Both the position numbers and the translations under genes were made by a program. Of a DNA stretch of 64,000 bases, positions 13,361 through 27,432 are shown piece after piece. The first letter of the stretch is position 1, and the number at the start of each line of letters is the position of its first letter. Below the pieces are notes generated by a model that was not told where the DNA came from, did no database searches, and worked only from the letters and a program-made list of their open reading frames with translations. The stretch is from Octopus vulgaris (lineage: Eukaryota). The DNA is taken from NCBI GenBank assembly GCA_951406725.2, contig OX597825.1, positions 65,596,001 to 65,660,000 of the forward strand, in the 5' to 3' direction.

Positions 13361-13391
<31 letters not shown>

Positions 13392-13413
13392 ATATATATA
13401 TACATATATATAA

Positions 13414-13476
<63 letters not shown>

Positions 13477-13630
13477 TACATATATATATATATACACACA
13501 CTATATCATATATTTATATTCATAATAATAAAAATATGTATGTATATATGTTCATATCTATATGTGTGTACATATGTATGTACATATGTATGTGTATCTG
13601 TGTGTGTAATACATATGCACACATACATAT
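13090..13630. repeat. (TA)n/(CA)n compound microsatellite
   Basis: Directly visible; similar tracts at 18980-19420, 19730-20100, 29530-29990, 33240-33620, 37880-38450, 50690-51240, 57800-58550 and 63080-63330. Confidence 0.95.
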
Positions 13631-13699
13631 CTTCAGCTAAAACATAATTTTATACAGAAGTTATTGTCTGTTAGCTTATGCTAATAAATAATTTATCCT

Positions 13700-13764
<65 letters not shown>

Positions 13765-13766
<2 letters not shown>

Positions 13767-14030
13767 GGAAGATAGAGGTGAACACACAGGAAAGCCACCA
13801 AATACCATGATCTCATTTAATAGTTTAGGGGGAAACAGTTGTCAGATCTGGTTATTTCCAGTTGACATTGCTGTAGGGGCTTCCCAGCACAGTATGTGCG
13901 GAACAAACAATTCTAACAAGACTGGAAGTGTCAGCAAGGAAAAATAAAGACAGCTGTTCACTGGTTAGCAAAGAGAACACAGAATTAAGAGACCATCTTG
14001 CTGACTCTAAACAGACAGGAGGAATTGACA
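13765..14030 (+). mobile_element. Hero-like (R2 superfamily) non-LTR retrotransposon, RLE endonuclease remnant
   Basis: With frameshifts it reads WEDR..RKATKYHDL..IWLFPVDI-CRGFPAQ..KTAVHWLA, matching the RLE C-terminal pattern PWE..ERK..KY..L..WLFPVEVGCRGF as I recall it. Confidence 0.7.
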
Positions 14031-14236
14031 GGAAGTCAGAAGAAGATGGCTAGCAATTCCTCATCACTAGAGGATGTTGTAGTTTAGGGTCAAAATACTT
14101 AAGTAATGTTGATCTCCTTCTGATGACTCACCCTGATTAAAAGCTGTAGTAAAATGTGTTTGACTAGACCTACTACCATCCCTACTAGTTGTATTTCATG
14201 TATCTAAAAGTAATATAAAGCATATATATATATGTG

Positions 14237-14271
<35 letters not shown>

Positions 14272-14272
<1 letters not shown>

Positions 14273-14426
14273 CGCAGAAGTGGCTATGTGGTAAGTAGCT
14301 TGCTTACCAACCACATGGTTCTGGGTTCAGTCCTGCTGCATTGCACCTTGAGCAATTGTCTTCTGCTAGAGAATCAGGCTAACCAAAGACTTGTGTGTGG
14401 ATTTGGTAGATGGAAGACCATCGTAC

Positions 14427-14497
<71 letters not shown>

Positions 14498-14530
14498 TCC
14501 CGCCAATATCCCTTGACAACCGATGCTGGA
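14272..14530 (+). mobile_element. SINE family A, partial
   Basis: GTGGCTATGTGGTAAGTAGCTTGC...GGTTCAGTCC head and central (TG)n. Confidence 0.85.
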
Positions 14531-15489
14531 GAAAGGGAAAAGTCGAAAGAAGGAAAAGAAATCAACACCATGTATTTAGTTACATTGCTGAAAAGCCCAG
14601 ATGTATGTATGTATGTATGTATGTGTGTGTGTGTATGTGTGTATGTATGTATGTATGTGTGTATGTATGTATGTATGTGTGTATGTATGTATGTATGTAC
14701 GTTTGTATGTATCTATGTTTGTATGTATGTATGTATGTATGCATGTATAGATGGATGGATGGATGGAGTTAATTGAGATTTGGGGAAAAACCTTGTAGAA
14801 GTACAAAGCTCATCCAGAGTTGTCGGCTACCTGATGTCATTATAGATTGGAAATGCTCCTACTATTGGATAAACATCAGGAATTCTGTATTACCTGTAGA
14901 GTTTTATATGGAATTAGTGACATTCTTTAGTTAAGATGACTACAATTGTTTCAATGCATTCTATCACCTGTAGTTTATAGGTGAGATGTTGTGCATCCTC
15001 AGGTGATTTTTAAAATAAGTTCTTTGTTAAATGCTCTCACTAAGTCAAATGGCTGACCAGTGAGATAGGTTGCTGGTCTTTGAAAAGAACAAGAAAGGAT
15101 GCTGGCTTTGAGAAAATATGAGAATAGATGTAAGTTAGGTAAAAGAGAAAAGGAAAATGATAGAAAAAAGGAAAAAGGGAATGAAAATATGTAGAATAAG
15201 AAAAATGGAAAAACGAAAATTGAGAATTGTACCTGTTTGAATCAGAATTAACATGGTTGGTATAAATTAATTCAATGGGGAGAAGCTCAAATGTTGTGAG
15301 ACTGCATGCTTAACGTGAAAATGGTGATGTGTCCAGTTCTACAAAAAGGAATTTGTCCATATGTTTACATATAATAAACATTTCAGATGATGTCATTCAT
15401 AACATGTGCCAGAAGATTTGAATCAAAATATGTTAATCACTGCTGTATTTCACCTTTACGATGCATGCCTTTGTAGATATGATATTCAG

Positions 15490-15760
15490 CTCATGATTGT
15501 TTGATTTCTAGCAGTACATTGTGTTCTTGAGCAAGAAAATTTATTTTGAGGTTCCTCTTATCTGCTCAGCTGACAAAAATGAATTGTAATTTAAAGAGCC
15601 AGCTTTGTCCCATTCTGTGTCATAGTGAATGTCCTTGGAAACTACATTGAGGGTATGTGTGTCTGTGGGATGCTCAACCACTTGTACATTATTTCATAAG
15701 CAGGATACTCCATTGATTGTATCAACTAGAACATATGTCATCATAACCAAAAGAGAGCCA
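15490..15760 (+). mobile_element. SINE family D, degenerate
   Basis: Colinear with the 60866-61248 copy (GTCTGTGGGATGCTCAACCACTTGTAC...). Confidence 0.65.
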
Positions 15761-16749
15761 GGCCATTTCACCTTCTCCTTTTAGACAATATATATTGACC
15801 ATATGCTAGTGGTTGATGCAAAGAGACTGAGATCCTAGTGTTTCAACATGCTTGTATCTCTTCAAGCAAAGCTACTCTTATATCAATGAAATTCAGCGAG
15901 ACTGATAGCTCTTGTTTACAAAATTCAAGAAAACAAACTATTCGCTACTGCATGTTGATGATGCCAAGCTGATAATAAACAATCATGTGCACGAAAAACG
16001 GTATGAATCAAAATAATGATGCACATGCCCATTTTTAATACACTTGTAGATTTGATTTTGAATATGTAAATCGGAAATGAATTAAGTATGTTGTCAACAC
16101 ACATCACTTCAAAGTGGGGAGGTATTCTCTAAAGGCTGAATATAACAACTGCCAGCATATTCATGCTAAAATCTGTCAGAATGTATTAAAAATAAATATG
16201 CACATCATCACTTTGATTCCCTCTATTTAATGTGCACAATATATATATATATATGCATATATATATATACATATGAACACACGCAGACACACACATACAT
16301 ATAACATGTAAATATATTATATTATATTGTATTATGAAAAAATATTAAATTTGAATATTTGGGGTTTTTATTGAAAATTCTGTAATTTTGAACACATGGT
16401 TGATTATTTCAAGCCAATGTTTAAAAATATTAAAACACAATACAGACTATAGAAGTCAGCTATGAGTGGTAAATTTGTATAATATAAATGTGATTGACAT
16501 TGAATACATGCAGCACAGAAGAAAAATTGTAAAAGCAAAAAAAAAAACATTTGCAGTTTTAGTGTTTGTTTTCATTTCATAAATACGATCTTTCTTAGGG
16601 TTACTGTTTTATAGGAACATATTTAGGGGCCACTTTCAATAAAGAACTGTAAGTATGAAATCTGTATGTCAATGTGCTTAATACAAACAGATAATACCAA
16701 TAAAACATGTATTCTATTTCATTACATACACACATGTATATATATATGC

Positions 16750-16826
<77 letters not shown>

Positions 16827-16906
16827 AAGATAGGTAGGTAGGTAGGTAGGTGGGTAGGTGGGTAGATAGATAGATAGATAGATAGGTAGGTAGGTAGGTA
16901 GGTAGG

Positions 16907-16945
<39 letters not shown>

Positions 16946-17178
16946 TTAGGTAGGTAGGTAGGTAGGTAGGTAGGTAGGTAGGTGGGTAGGTGGGTAGATA
17001 GATAGATAGATAGATAGGTAGGTAGGTAGGTAGGTAGATAGATAGATAGATAGGTAGGTAGGTAGGTAGGTAGGTAGGTAGGTAGGTACGTAGGTACGTA
17101 GGTAGGTAGATAAATAGGTAGGTAGGTAGGTAGGTAGATAGATAGGTACGAACATAGGTAGGTAGGTAGGTAGGTAGG

Positions 17179-17255
<77 letters not shown>
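16750..17255. repeat. Compound (TAGA)n/(TAGG)n tetranucleotide array
   Basis: Alternating blocks, with TAGGTGGGTAGGTGGG repeated at ~16846 and ~16979. Confidence 0.95.
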
Positions 17256-18206
17256 TATGTATGTATATAAATATATAAATGTATGTTTGTCAATTATATA
17301 TATTACATGTAAGTATGACAAAATACAGCAAGGAGAAAAACAAAAGAGTACTTGACTATAAAATCAAGCCATGTATATTAAAATAAATATTTGAAAATAT
17401 TAAATATACCTATAACAGACATAAAATCATGTTCCTAGCATTTTAAGCAATAAATAATCTGATGTGTATGTCACCATTAGATTTACTGTTTGTTAATAAT
17501 TGCATCACATCAGTTATTACTTTAAACTGTAAGAACAAGAATTATGAATGTGTGTCAAAATATATATCTAATAATATTGCACTAAACATGAATTCATTAC
17601 AGTGTTTACTGGGCTCTTTGCTAAGATGCTTTACACTGGGAAAATATTTTTGCTATATTTGAAAAATATGTTTTTTCTCTCAATACAAAAGATATAGAGA
17701 GCATTGGATAGCAATATTCATTAGTCTATAGGATAAAATACTTTACTGTGGTTTTTTTTTACTCTTTATACTCAAGTTCAGCTTTCTTCCTTTAAGCTTA
17801 ATAAAATAAAGTACCAGTCAAGTACTGGAGTCAATGTAATTGATTAACCAGTGCTTGGCATGTCTGGCTATGGATCAATTGTTAGAAACAATTATTATTG
17901 TATATAAAGAAACATACACATATATACATACAGGTATTCAAAATTATGCATATATGCATATATATATACATATATATATGTATAGGCACACATATATATA
18001 TATGAATTCACATATATGTTTACACAGTAACACATAAACATTATAACACATACTTAAGAAATGATCCTAAAAAGTGGTTGGCATTAGGAAGGGCATCCAG
18101 CTGTAGAAACCACGTCAAAACAGACAATTGGAGTCTGGACAGCTCTCAGCTGGCCAGCTACATGTCAGACCGTCCAACTCATGCCACCATGGAAAACTGA
18201 CGTTAA

Positions 18207-18237
<31 letters not shown>

Positions 18238-18332
18238 CGATGATGACGATGAAGATGATACTATATATATATATTTCTATAAATAAAACATGTGCACCTC
18301 TTTCTTCCAAATGTCCACTCATTTGTGTGTTT

Positions 18333-18392
<60 letters not shown>

Positions 18393-18418
18393 ACTAGTTA
18401 TTATTATTATTATATATG

Positions 18419-18463
<45 letters not shown>

Positions 18464-19039
18464 CTAGTATGTTTTTATGCACATGTCTTTTTGTCTGCCT
18501 GCGTAACTACCGATCTATCATTAAACTCTATCTATTTTTTCCTCGCTGTACCAATAATTCAAGATGTTTTATATTCTCAGAAGCATAGCACTAATAAGCT
18601 TCCACAGGAGAAAAAACAAGAAACATATTCCCTGAACATCCTAACCAAATATGTGCTCTGGCAATAGCAATAAAGATGCTTGTTTTTAAGGCAATATAAC
18701 GTAGATTTTTAACAACCATTATGTTTTGTTATAGCTCTATCTCTAATGCTATAGAAATAAAAAAAAAAAAACTGCCCAAAATTATATACGAAATAATGGG
18801 ACTACTGGAGTAAGTTGGTTATACAAATAAGCCACAGATTTATATAAGATACGGATATGATTTCTATTGATTGGAATATTTGGTTAGTATCGAGAGTTTC
18901 TTTCCCATAAAACAATGTTTCTTTTTTTACGCTTACATTTACCATATCAAACAATGCAGCTGGAGGCATACATACAAGATACATATATGTATATATATAT
19001 ATACATACATATATATATATGTATATATATATATATATG

Positions 19040-19117
<78 letters not shown>

Positions 19118-19287
19118 TATATATGTGTGTGTATATATATATATGTATATATATATATATGTATATATATAAATGTATGTATATATATATATATGTATGT
19201 ATATATATATATATATGTATATATATATGTATGTATATATATATGTATATATATATATATGTATGTATATATATATATGTATGTATG

Positions 19288-19342
<55 letters not shown>

Positions 19343-19621
19343 GTATATATATATGTATGTATATATATATACATATATATAAATATATAAAAATATGTAT
19401 ATGTATATATATATTTATATTTATATCTTTAATTGGGTATATTCTTGATGCTGCCAAAAAAAAAAATTTTTTTTTAATGATTAATTAAATTCGTGTAATA
19501 GGAAAGAGTTAAAAGTTGAGAATAGAAATACGTCATTAAAAGATATGGACATGGAATGATAGGGACAAGCAAATGAGTGATCCAGTGAGGAAATTCCCAT
19601 AAATAACTGGTACAAACACAC

Positions 19622-19675
<54 letters not shown>

Positions 19676-19767
19676 CTGTGTCTGTGTGTGTATAGAGAGA
19701 TAGAGAGAGAATTATATAAAAAAAAATATATATATATATACAGAGAGAGAGAGAAGTATAAAAAAAG

Positions 19768-19798
<31 letters not shown>

Positions 19799-19802
19799 GA
19801 AA

Positions 19803-19938
<136 letters not shown>

Positions 19939-20033
19939 CATATATATATGCAGAGAGAAAGAGAGAGAGAGAGAAATATTAATATATATACACAGGGAGA
20001 GAGAAATATGTATATGTATCTATATATAGATAT

Positions 20034-20106
<73 letters not shown>

Positions 20107-20139
20107 CCAACATTTATTCACAGATGTTCATAAACATAT

Positions 20140-20658
20140 TCTTTTATTCCTTTACATGTTTCAGTCATTTGACTGCGACCATGCTTTATATATATATACA
20201 TTCTCTTTTACTCTTTTACATCTTTCAGTTATTTGACTGTGGCCATGCTGGAGCACCACAGGACTTATTTTTTGTAAGCCTAGTTCTTATTCTGTCAGTC
20301 TCTCTTGCCGAACTACTAAGTTTCTAGGACAAAACACACCAACATTAGTTGTCAAGCAATGGTAGGGAAGACAAACACAGACATGAAGGCACACACACAC
20401 ACACACACATATTTGAGTAGTTGAATGAATTATCTTATTAAGGATAATTCGAAAGATAACCGGTACCTGGGTAGCAAATTCACATCAGAAAGAACACGGT
20501 TGAAGCTACGTCCCTAGGGCATAGACTACGTGTCTTCGTGCGGAAATTCGTGCGGAATATGCAGCCTTCGAAACATATGTCAAGAATAAAGGATATTTGT
20601 TAACTAGTCGTTCAACTCCATTCTTTTATATACATATATATATATATATATACATATA

Positions 20659-20706
<48 letters not shown>

Positions 20707-20860
20707 ATGGGCTCCTTTCAGTTTCCACCTACCAAATCCACTCACAAGGCTTTGGTCAGCCTGAAGCTATAGAAGAAGACACTGACCCAAGATGCCATGC
20801 AGTGGGACTGAACCCAGAACCATGTGGCTGGGAAGCAAGCTTTTTACCACACAGTCATGT
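20140..20860 (-). mobile_element. SINE family A interrupted by a Penelope-type end fragment (~20412-20630)
   Basis: SINE tail at 20140-20395 and head at 20705-20860; the insert carries GAAAC-ATAT-GTC at 20570-20581. Confidence 0.75.
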
Positions 20861-21020
20861 TTTACCACACAGTCAGTTTTACCACTAAAACTCTAGGCTG
20901 AACTGTAGTTGATAGTGCGATGTTGAAAAGGTCGAAAAGGTTGATATAGATTAAAGTAAAGAATGAGAAAGCAGAACAGCTGACATGACTCAAAAAAGAT
21001 AGAGAATATAAGCACATAGA

Positions 21021-21112
21021 GTCTCTTACAGCTGTTTCTAGAATAGCAAAGCCTATGGATCCATGATACAGAGTAAGGATTCCATCAGTTGATTAAACCG
21101 TCATCAGAGAGG
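21021..21112 (-). ncRNA. Type I minimal hammerhead-ribozyme-like motif in a Penelope-type fragment (~20885-21210)
   Basis: Minus strand: CUCU-CUGAUGA-[62 nt]-GAAAC-AGCU-GUA-AGAG. Stem I CUCU/AGAG, intact core, palindromic stem III loop; stem II poorly paired. Confidence 0.55.
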
Positions 21113-21116
21113 AAAA

Positions 21117-21450
21117 AGTCAGAGAGATGTAAAATGAGAGAATATCCCCAGTCAAGTATATTAGTATATTCCACTTTGTCAAAATTGGGGGAAGGATCAG
21201 AGTAAGATACCTCTATCAAATCCACTCACAAGGCTTTGGTCATTCCGAGGCTATAGTAGAAAGCTTTGCCCAAAGTGCCATGTAGTCGGAGAGATGTAAA
21301 ATGAGGGAATATCCCCAGTCAAGTATATTAGTATATTCCGCTTTGTCAAAATTGGGGGAAGGATCTGAGTAAGATACCTCTATCAAATCCACTCACAAGG
21401 CTTTGGTCATTCCGAGGCTTTAGTAGAAGGCTTTGCCCAAAGTGCCATGT
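21117..21450. repeat. 167-bp tandem duplication
   Basis: GAGATGTAAAATGAG at 21124 and 21291; units near-identical. Confidence 0.95.
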
Positions 21451-22104
21451 AGTGGGACTGAACCCAGAACCATGTGGTTGGGAAGCAATCTTCTTACCAC
21501 ACAGCCACACTTGTGCCTACACAGGTGTGTGTTACATAGTTCCATGATTGAATAAATAATAGTTATAGGTAAGGTCCGTTTGCCGTTTCAAATGAGAATG
21601 TTTGATGATAATCTATGGCATGGAGAAGGAATAGTGTAAGTTACCAATTCCAATTTATGAAATTATATCCATAAAGATATACATTTGTGTGTGTGGGTCC
21701 TGCATTTGGTGCGTGTATGTGTGTGTATGTATATATATATATATACATATATATGTGTGTGTGTGTGTGTGTATTTATATCAATTTATGTATGGATAGAT
21801 GTGTGTGTATTTTCATTTACTTATATTTGTTTTATGTCTGTGTGTTTTTATATAAATTAGTTTTTGCGTGTACATTCATGTTTGTGTGAGTGTGTTCATG
21901 TTTGTGCTTATATGTGGTTTAGCATGCTCACAATCACACATGTTTTAGCGAACATAATTTTTTTTTCTTACACATATATATGTATACACGCACATATGTG
22001 TGTGTGTGAGAAAGAGAAACAGTGAGAGTGTGTGTGTGTGTGTTTGTATTTGTGTATGGAAAAAATGCTGTTTGGTGAACATATAAATCTCTCTGCAAGA
22101 ATCA

Positions 22105-22149
<45 letters not shown>

Positions 22150-22485
22150 ATGTGTATATGCGCCTGTGTGTGTGCACATGCGTGCTTGCATGCTAACAAG
22201 CAAATATATATATTTATTGTATGCAAATGGAAATATGAAGTAAATATGAGGCCAGCACATGAAATTTTGCATGATTACTATTAGACAGATTTCAATAAGC
22301 CAGACATCTAAATAATTCTCCGTTTATCAGTTTACAGAATCAAATTACAGGAATACTTGGATTTTATCTTGCTTTCCCTCTTTATTGCCCCATACCTCTT
22401 CTTCTCTCTCTCACCCACACATCTATCTATCTATCTATCTATCTATCTAGGCACACGCATACATACATCCATGCAATAAGATATG

Positions 22486-22554
<69 letters not shown>

Positions 22555-22559
22555 TATGT

Positions 22560-23220
22560 AGGTGCAGGTGTAGCTGTGTGGTAAGAAGTTTGCTTCCCAA
22601 CCATATGGTTCTGGTTTCAGTCCCACTACAAGACATCTTTAGCAAGTGCTCTCTACTATAGCCTCAGAACGACCAAAGCCTTGTGAGTGGATCTGATAGA
22701 GGGAAACTGAAAGAAGCCTGTCATATATACATATATATATAATACAAATAAGAAAATGGAGAAACAAATGTAGTTTGTTCATCAACTTTTGGATATTATA
22801 ATGTTGGATTATTTATTCATTTAACAAAATGAGAACATCAATAGCATATAAATATATCCTGTAATTCAATACATATAAGATATAAGATAAGAAATACAAA
22901 TGATATAAGTCATAATATAAATTATTGAAATCATTAAAATCACTTCTTACAGCTGTTTCAGCCTATATATATATATATGTATGTATCTATGTGTGTCTGT
23001 TTTACGTCTGTGTTTGTCCCCACTACCATTAACTCTTCAACCAATGTTGATGTGTTTACATCCCCATAACTTAGTGGTTTGGCAAAAGAGACTGATAGAA
23101 TAAGTACTAGGGTTTAAGAAAAGTAAGTCCTGTGGTCAGTTTATTTGACTAAAACCCTTCAAGGCAGTGCTCCAGCATGGCCACTATGAAATCACTGAAA
23201 CAAGTAAAAGAATAAAAGAA
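22560..23220 (+). mobile_element. SINE family A with a Penelope-type end fragment (22740-22963, minus) inserted in its (TA)n tract
   Basis: SINE head 22560-22725 and tail 22985-23220; the insert ends with minus-strand GAAAC-AGCT-GTA (22948-22959). Confidence 0.8.
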
Positions 23221-23528
23221 TATATATATATATATATATGATACATATATAGGGTAGCGAATATTCGTTATAAACATCACCACCAGTGGCCTAGCTTGTA
23301 TAAATAGTCAATAGACAACATTCATATTTTAAAATAGTGTACATTTAAACACAAAAGAAAACTACCCTTTAACAGGTAATTTTCACATGCTAGAAATAGC
23401 AGCCAACATGGCCAAAACCATGATTTGATAGCAATTTTCGAAGTAAATGAAAAATAAAAACTTTTACCTTGTTATTTTTATTAGTGGTTATACAATGGTT
23501 TCGAATTTCTTTAGCAAATAAGATTATT

Positions 23529-23568
<40 letters not shown>

Positions 23569-24269
23569 CATATATGCATACATATATACACATATGAATA
23601 TATATATACACTAGTCTCAGGGGCCTTGACAAAATAAAGGGTCACAGGTGCTGCCATGACTAATTTCCAAATACATGCACGCACACACACACACATGTCC
23701 ACACACACATGCATATACACACACATGTATACACACTCACTCATACATGCACACATACACATACATGCATACACACATAAACACACACGTGCACACACAC
23801 CCATAAGTACAGACATTTTTGTGCGGTTAAGAAGTCCACTTCCCGGCCAGCGGTCTTAGGCTTGGTCCCTCTGTGTGGCACTTTGGGTGTCTTCTACTAT
23901 AGCCCTAGGTCAAGCAAAGTCTTATGGGTGGATTTAATAGACAGAAACTGAAAGAAGCCCATCACATTTATGTCTTTATGCATGTATGAATGGATAGATG
24001 GATGGAAAGAAATAGATGGATAGGTGGATGGAAGGATGGATGGATAGGTGGATGGAAGGATGGATGGATACGTGTATATGTGTATGTGTCTATATACGTG
24101 TGTGTTGTATGTGTTTCCATTGTCTTCACATCATGAGATAGTTGTAAAGCATGCTTGGGGTTAAATATAACCATGCCAGGAAACAAGGCATTTGGCAATA
24201 GAAAGTCTGCTTTAATGAATTCTGTCTGGCTCGTACAAGCATGGAAAAGTGAACATTAAAATAATTACA

Positions 24270-24333
<64 letters not shown>

Positions 24334-24380
24334 GGAGGAGGAGGAGGAGGAGGAGGAGGAGGAGGAGGAGGTGGAGGAGG
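24270..24380. repeat. (GAT)n-(GAG)n microsatellite
   Basis: Directly visible. Confidence 0.95.
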
Positions 24381-24665
24381 ATATAATGTAGGTCACATTG
24401 AACTTTGTAGTCCTAGATATATATGCAAAGATGGGATTGGCTGGTCACTTGGGTTTCCATTCTTCACATTCATATCACCAAATAAAGTCTTTTCTTTGCT
24501 TGAAAACCAGCAGTGGTCTTTTAAAAATTGGCTACTTTCCCTCTCTCACCCCACCTCTCTCGCCTTCCTTCTCCTTCTCTCTACCTCTTTATTCCCTCCC
24601 CTCTCTCTTTCTCAGTTCACCTGCACTTCTGTCCTTCAAGTACATCAACGTTACACAGCCAATAG

Positions 24666-24697
<32 letters not shown>

Positions 24698-25429
24698 TAT
24701 CATCATCGTCTAATATCTGCTTTCCATGCTGGCATGGGTTGGACGGTTTTGACATGGAGCTGGCTAGCAGGGAGCTGTCCAGTCTCCAACTGTCTGTTGT
24801 GGCATGGTTTCTAAGGCTGGATGCCCTTCTCAATGCCAACCACTTTACAGAGTGTGCTGGGTGCCTTTTACATGCCACCAGCATGGGTGCTCTTTAAGTG
24901 ACACCAGCACCTGAAAGGACCTGTATGTCTTAACAAGTACAACAAATCGCCACATCTCCCAATCCTTTGTCATTCGATCCCCTTTTTTTTTGCTGCTTTT
25001 GCAGACTCCCATGACTCTCTGTCACCATCCAATTCTATAATCATGAATTTGAATTGGGGGTTTGAGCCATAGTGACTCTTTCATTAGCTGACTACATAAC
25101 CAAGGACACCACCCCTATGGATCCTTTTTAGTTATTTCTTTGATAAAGCTTGGTGATCCTAACCGTTCATCTTCTAGGATTCCTCTGCTCAGCATCAATG
25201 TAGGAAGCACTTTTGGCTCAGTTAAGCTCTTCTGCTACCTCTTTATAATCTGCCATGCTGCAGTCCTATAACTTCACCATACCCTTGGTAGGGTAGTTAA
25301 ACAGGTGTTATGCCTTGTGAAAGGACAGCCCATAACTATGCAGGGCATGGATGTTACCCCATAAAGTAGTTTCAAAATACCTACAATACCAATACCATTC
25401 AACACATATTTTGGATTTATCTAAAGGGT

Positions 25430-25986
25430 TAACACCCCCTTTGGTCATAAATGACCATGGGTATGCACCTAGAAAGTTCCCCTCCAAGGCACAAGTACAG
25501 GCAAAGTTGTTTATGGAAGACCAGCAGTCGCCCATGCATACCAGCCTCCCCTCTTGACTCCACCAATGTCATCCAAGGGAGAGACAAAGGCTGATACAGC
25601 TTGACACCAGTTAGAATTTTCTTCCAGTCGAGTAACCCATCCCACTCAAAAGGTCCCTAAATAAGGGTTGTTTAAGGATGTTGAACAAAACACCCATGTT
25701 TCTAAAGGTGAATTATTCAAACCCCAAAGAATGCCTCTCAACATATGGCTATGATGCTTCCCCACTAATTCTGCTCATGATCAGAGATGCACATATCGTC
25801 AGCTACTGAGGAACATGCTCAACTGGTTAAGGTCAAACAACTGACAAGCAAATCTGTGTTATTGAGCAGAATATTTGCTGTAGCCAATCTTTTATACCAA
25901 GACAAAACAATGTACATGATAGCACTTCCAATCAGTTAAGATCAGAAGCCATGAAAAACACTGTCTGGTACTGCATCAGGGCATTT
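25430..25986. mobile_element. SINE family E fragment fused to family F interspersed repeat
   Basis: 25430-25610 matches 54908-55090; 25607-25986 matches 35896-36270; the junction has CCAGT microhomology. Confidence 0.85.
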
Positions 25987-26022
25987 ATTATTATATTATT
26001 ATTATTATTATTATTATTATTA

Positions 26023-26065
<43 letters not shown>

Positions 26066-26103
26066 CATCATCATCTTCATCATTATTATTATTATTATTA
26101 TTA

Positions 26104-26162
<59 letters not shown>

Positions 26163-26251
26163 CATTAGTATTATTATCATTATTATTATCATTATTATTA
26201 TTAGTAGTATTATTATCATTATTATTATCATTATTATTATTATTATTATTA

Positions 26252-26321
<70 letters not shown>

Positions 26322-26469
26322 CATTGTTGTTGTTGCTGTTATTTCTAATTCAAAATATTCCCATATATTCATTTTAGATCCGATCACACATTCGTCTTCA
26401 TCAGCACCATTAGCATCAAAATCTTCAGCATCATCATGATTCTTTCACCATCTTCATTAGTCTTTTCCA

Positions 26470-26552
<83 letters not shown>

Positions 26553-26580
26553 TCACTGCCATTATCATCATCATCCTCAA
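25985..26580. repeat. (ATT)n then (CAT)n microsatellites
   Basis: Directly visible. Confidence 0.9.
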
Positions 26581-27150
26581 CATCAGCATCATGTCAATGA
26601 ATCTTTATCCAATGAGGACTCTGCAAGTCTACAACTCGACAAACATCTCAAATGTTGAATCATCTTTCATCTGCGAAGCCCAAAATCTTGAGATCAAACC
26701 ACGCAGCTTCCTCCCATGTCTCCATGTCCTCCTTGGTCAATTTCTACTGTTGGTGCCTGTCACTATCAGCAAACTTAAGAGGTTTTTTTTATTTTATTTT
26801 ATTTTATTTTCAGTTTTTATTTATTTTTCATTTTTTACTGATCACTAGTTTTTCATATTCCACATTCATATCGCTAACATAGTCTTTCCCTTTGTTCACA
26901 CACCAGCTGTAATCTTTAAGAATTAATTACTCTCTCTTTCTCCCTTTCCCACTCCATTTCTCTTCTTCTCTTTCCCTTTTTCCTCTCCCTTTTTGTCGTC
27001 TCTCCCTCTATGTCTCTATTATTTCACCTGTGCTTCCACTCTACATGTATATCACAGCCAAACTAATACACCTGCTTGTTGTTTATACACCTACATTTGT
27101 CTTTTGTTTTTCTGTAAATTTCAGCTACATACACACACACACACACATAC

Positions 27151-27205
<55 letters not shown>

Positions 27206-27208
<3 letters not shown>

Positions 27209-27397
27209 AGAGTTTACGAAAAAAAACTGAAGACGAAGACAGGTCGTGTACAAAACAAACAGATGTATTAGTATAACACTCAGGAATAGAAAAAGTCTTT
27301 TACATTTCAAGCCTACGCTCTTCTACAGAAAGGGACACAGAAAAAAACAAGGAGAGAAACAAGGAGGGAAAAAAATGTGTGTAGTGGCTAACGATCT

Positions 27398-27400
<3 letters not shown>
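27206..27400 (-). mobile_element. Penelope-type end fragment in (TA)n carrying a hammerhead-like motif (27297-27332)
   Basis: Minus strand: CUUU-CUGUAGA-A-GAGC-GUAG-GCUU-GAAAU-GUA-AAAG; flanked by (TA)n on both sides. Confidence 0.55.

Positions 27401-27432
<32 letters not shown>

Noticed and set aside
14800-16130. Possible RT (FDL.RAF) and transposase remnants
   Set aside because: Motifs too degraded and full of stops to call without a search.
26378-26780. Acceptor-like site followed by DPITHSSSSAPLASKSSASS*, and an Asp-rich minus-strand frame
   Set aside because: Phase-compatible with the 7388 microexon but embedded in (CAT)n; such acceptors are common in T-rich DNA and the minus frame has a stop just upstream.
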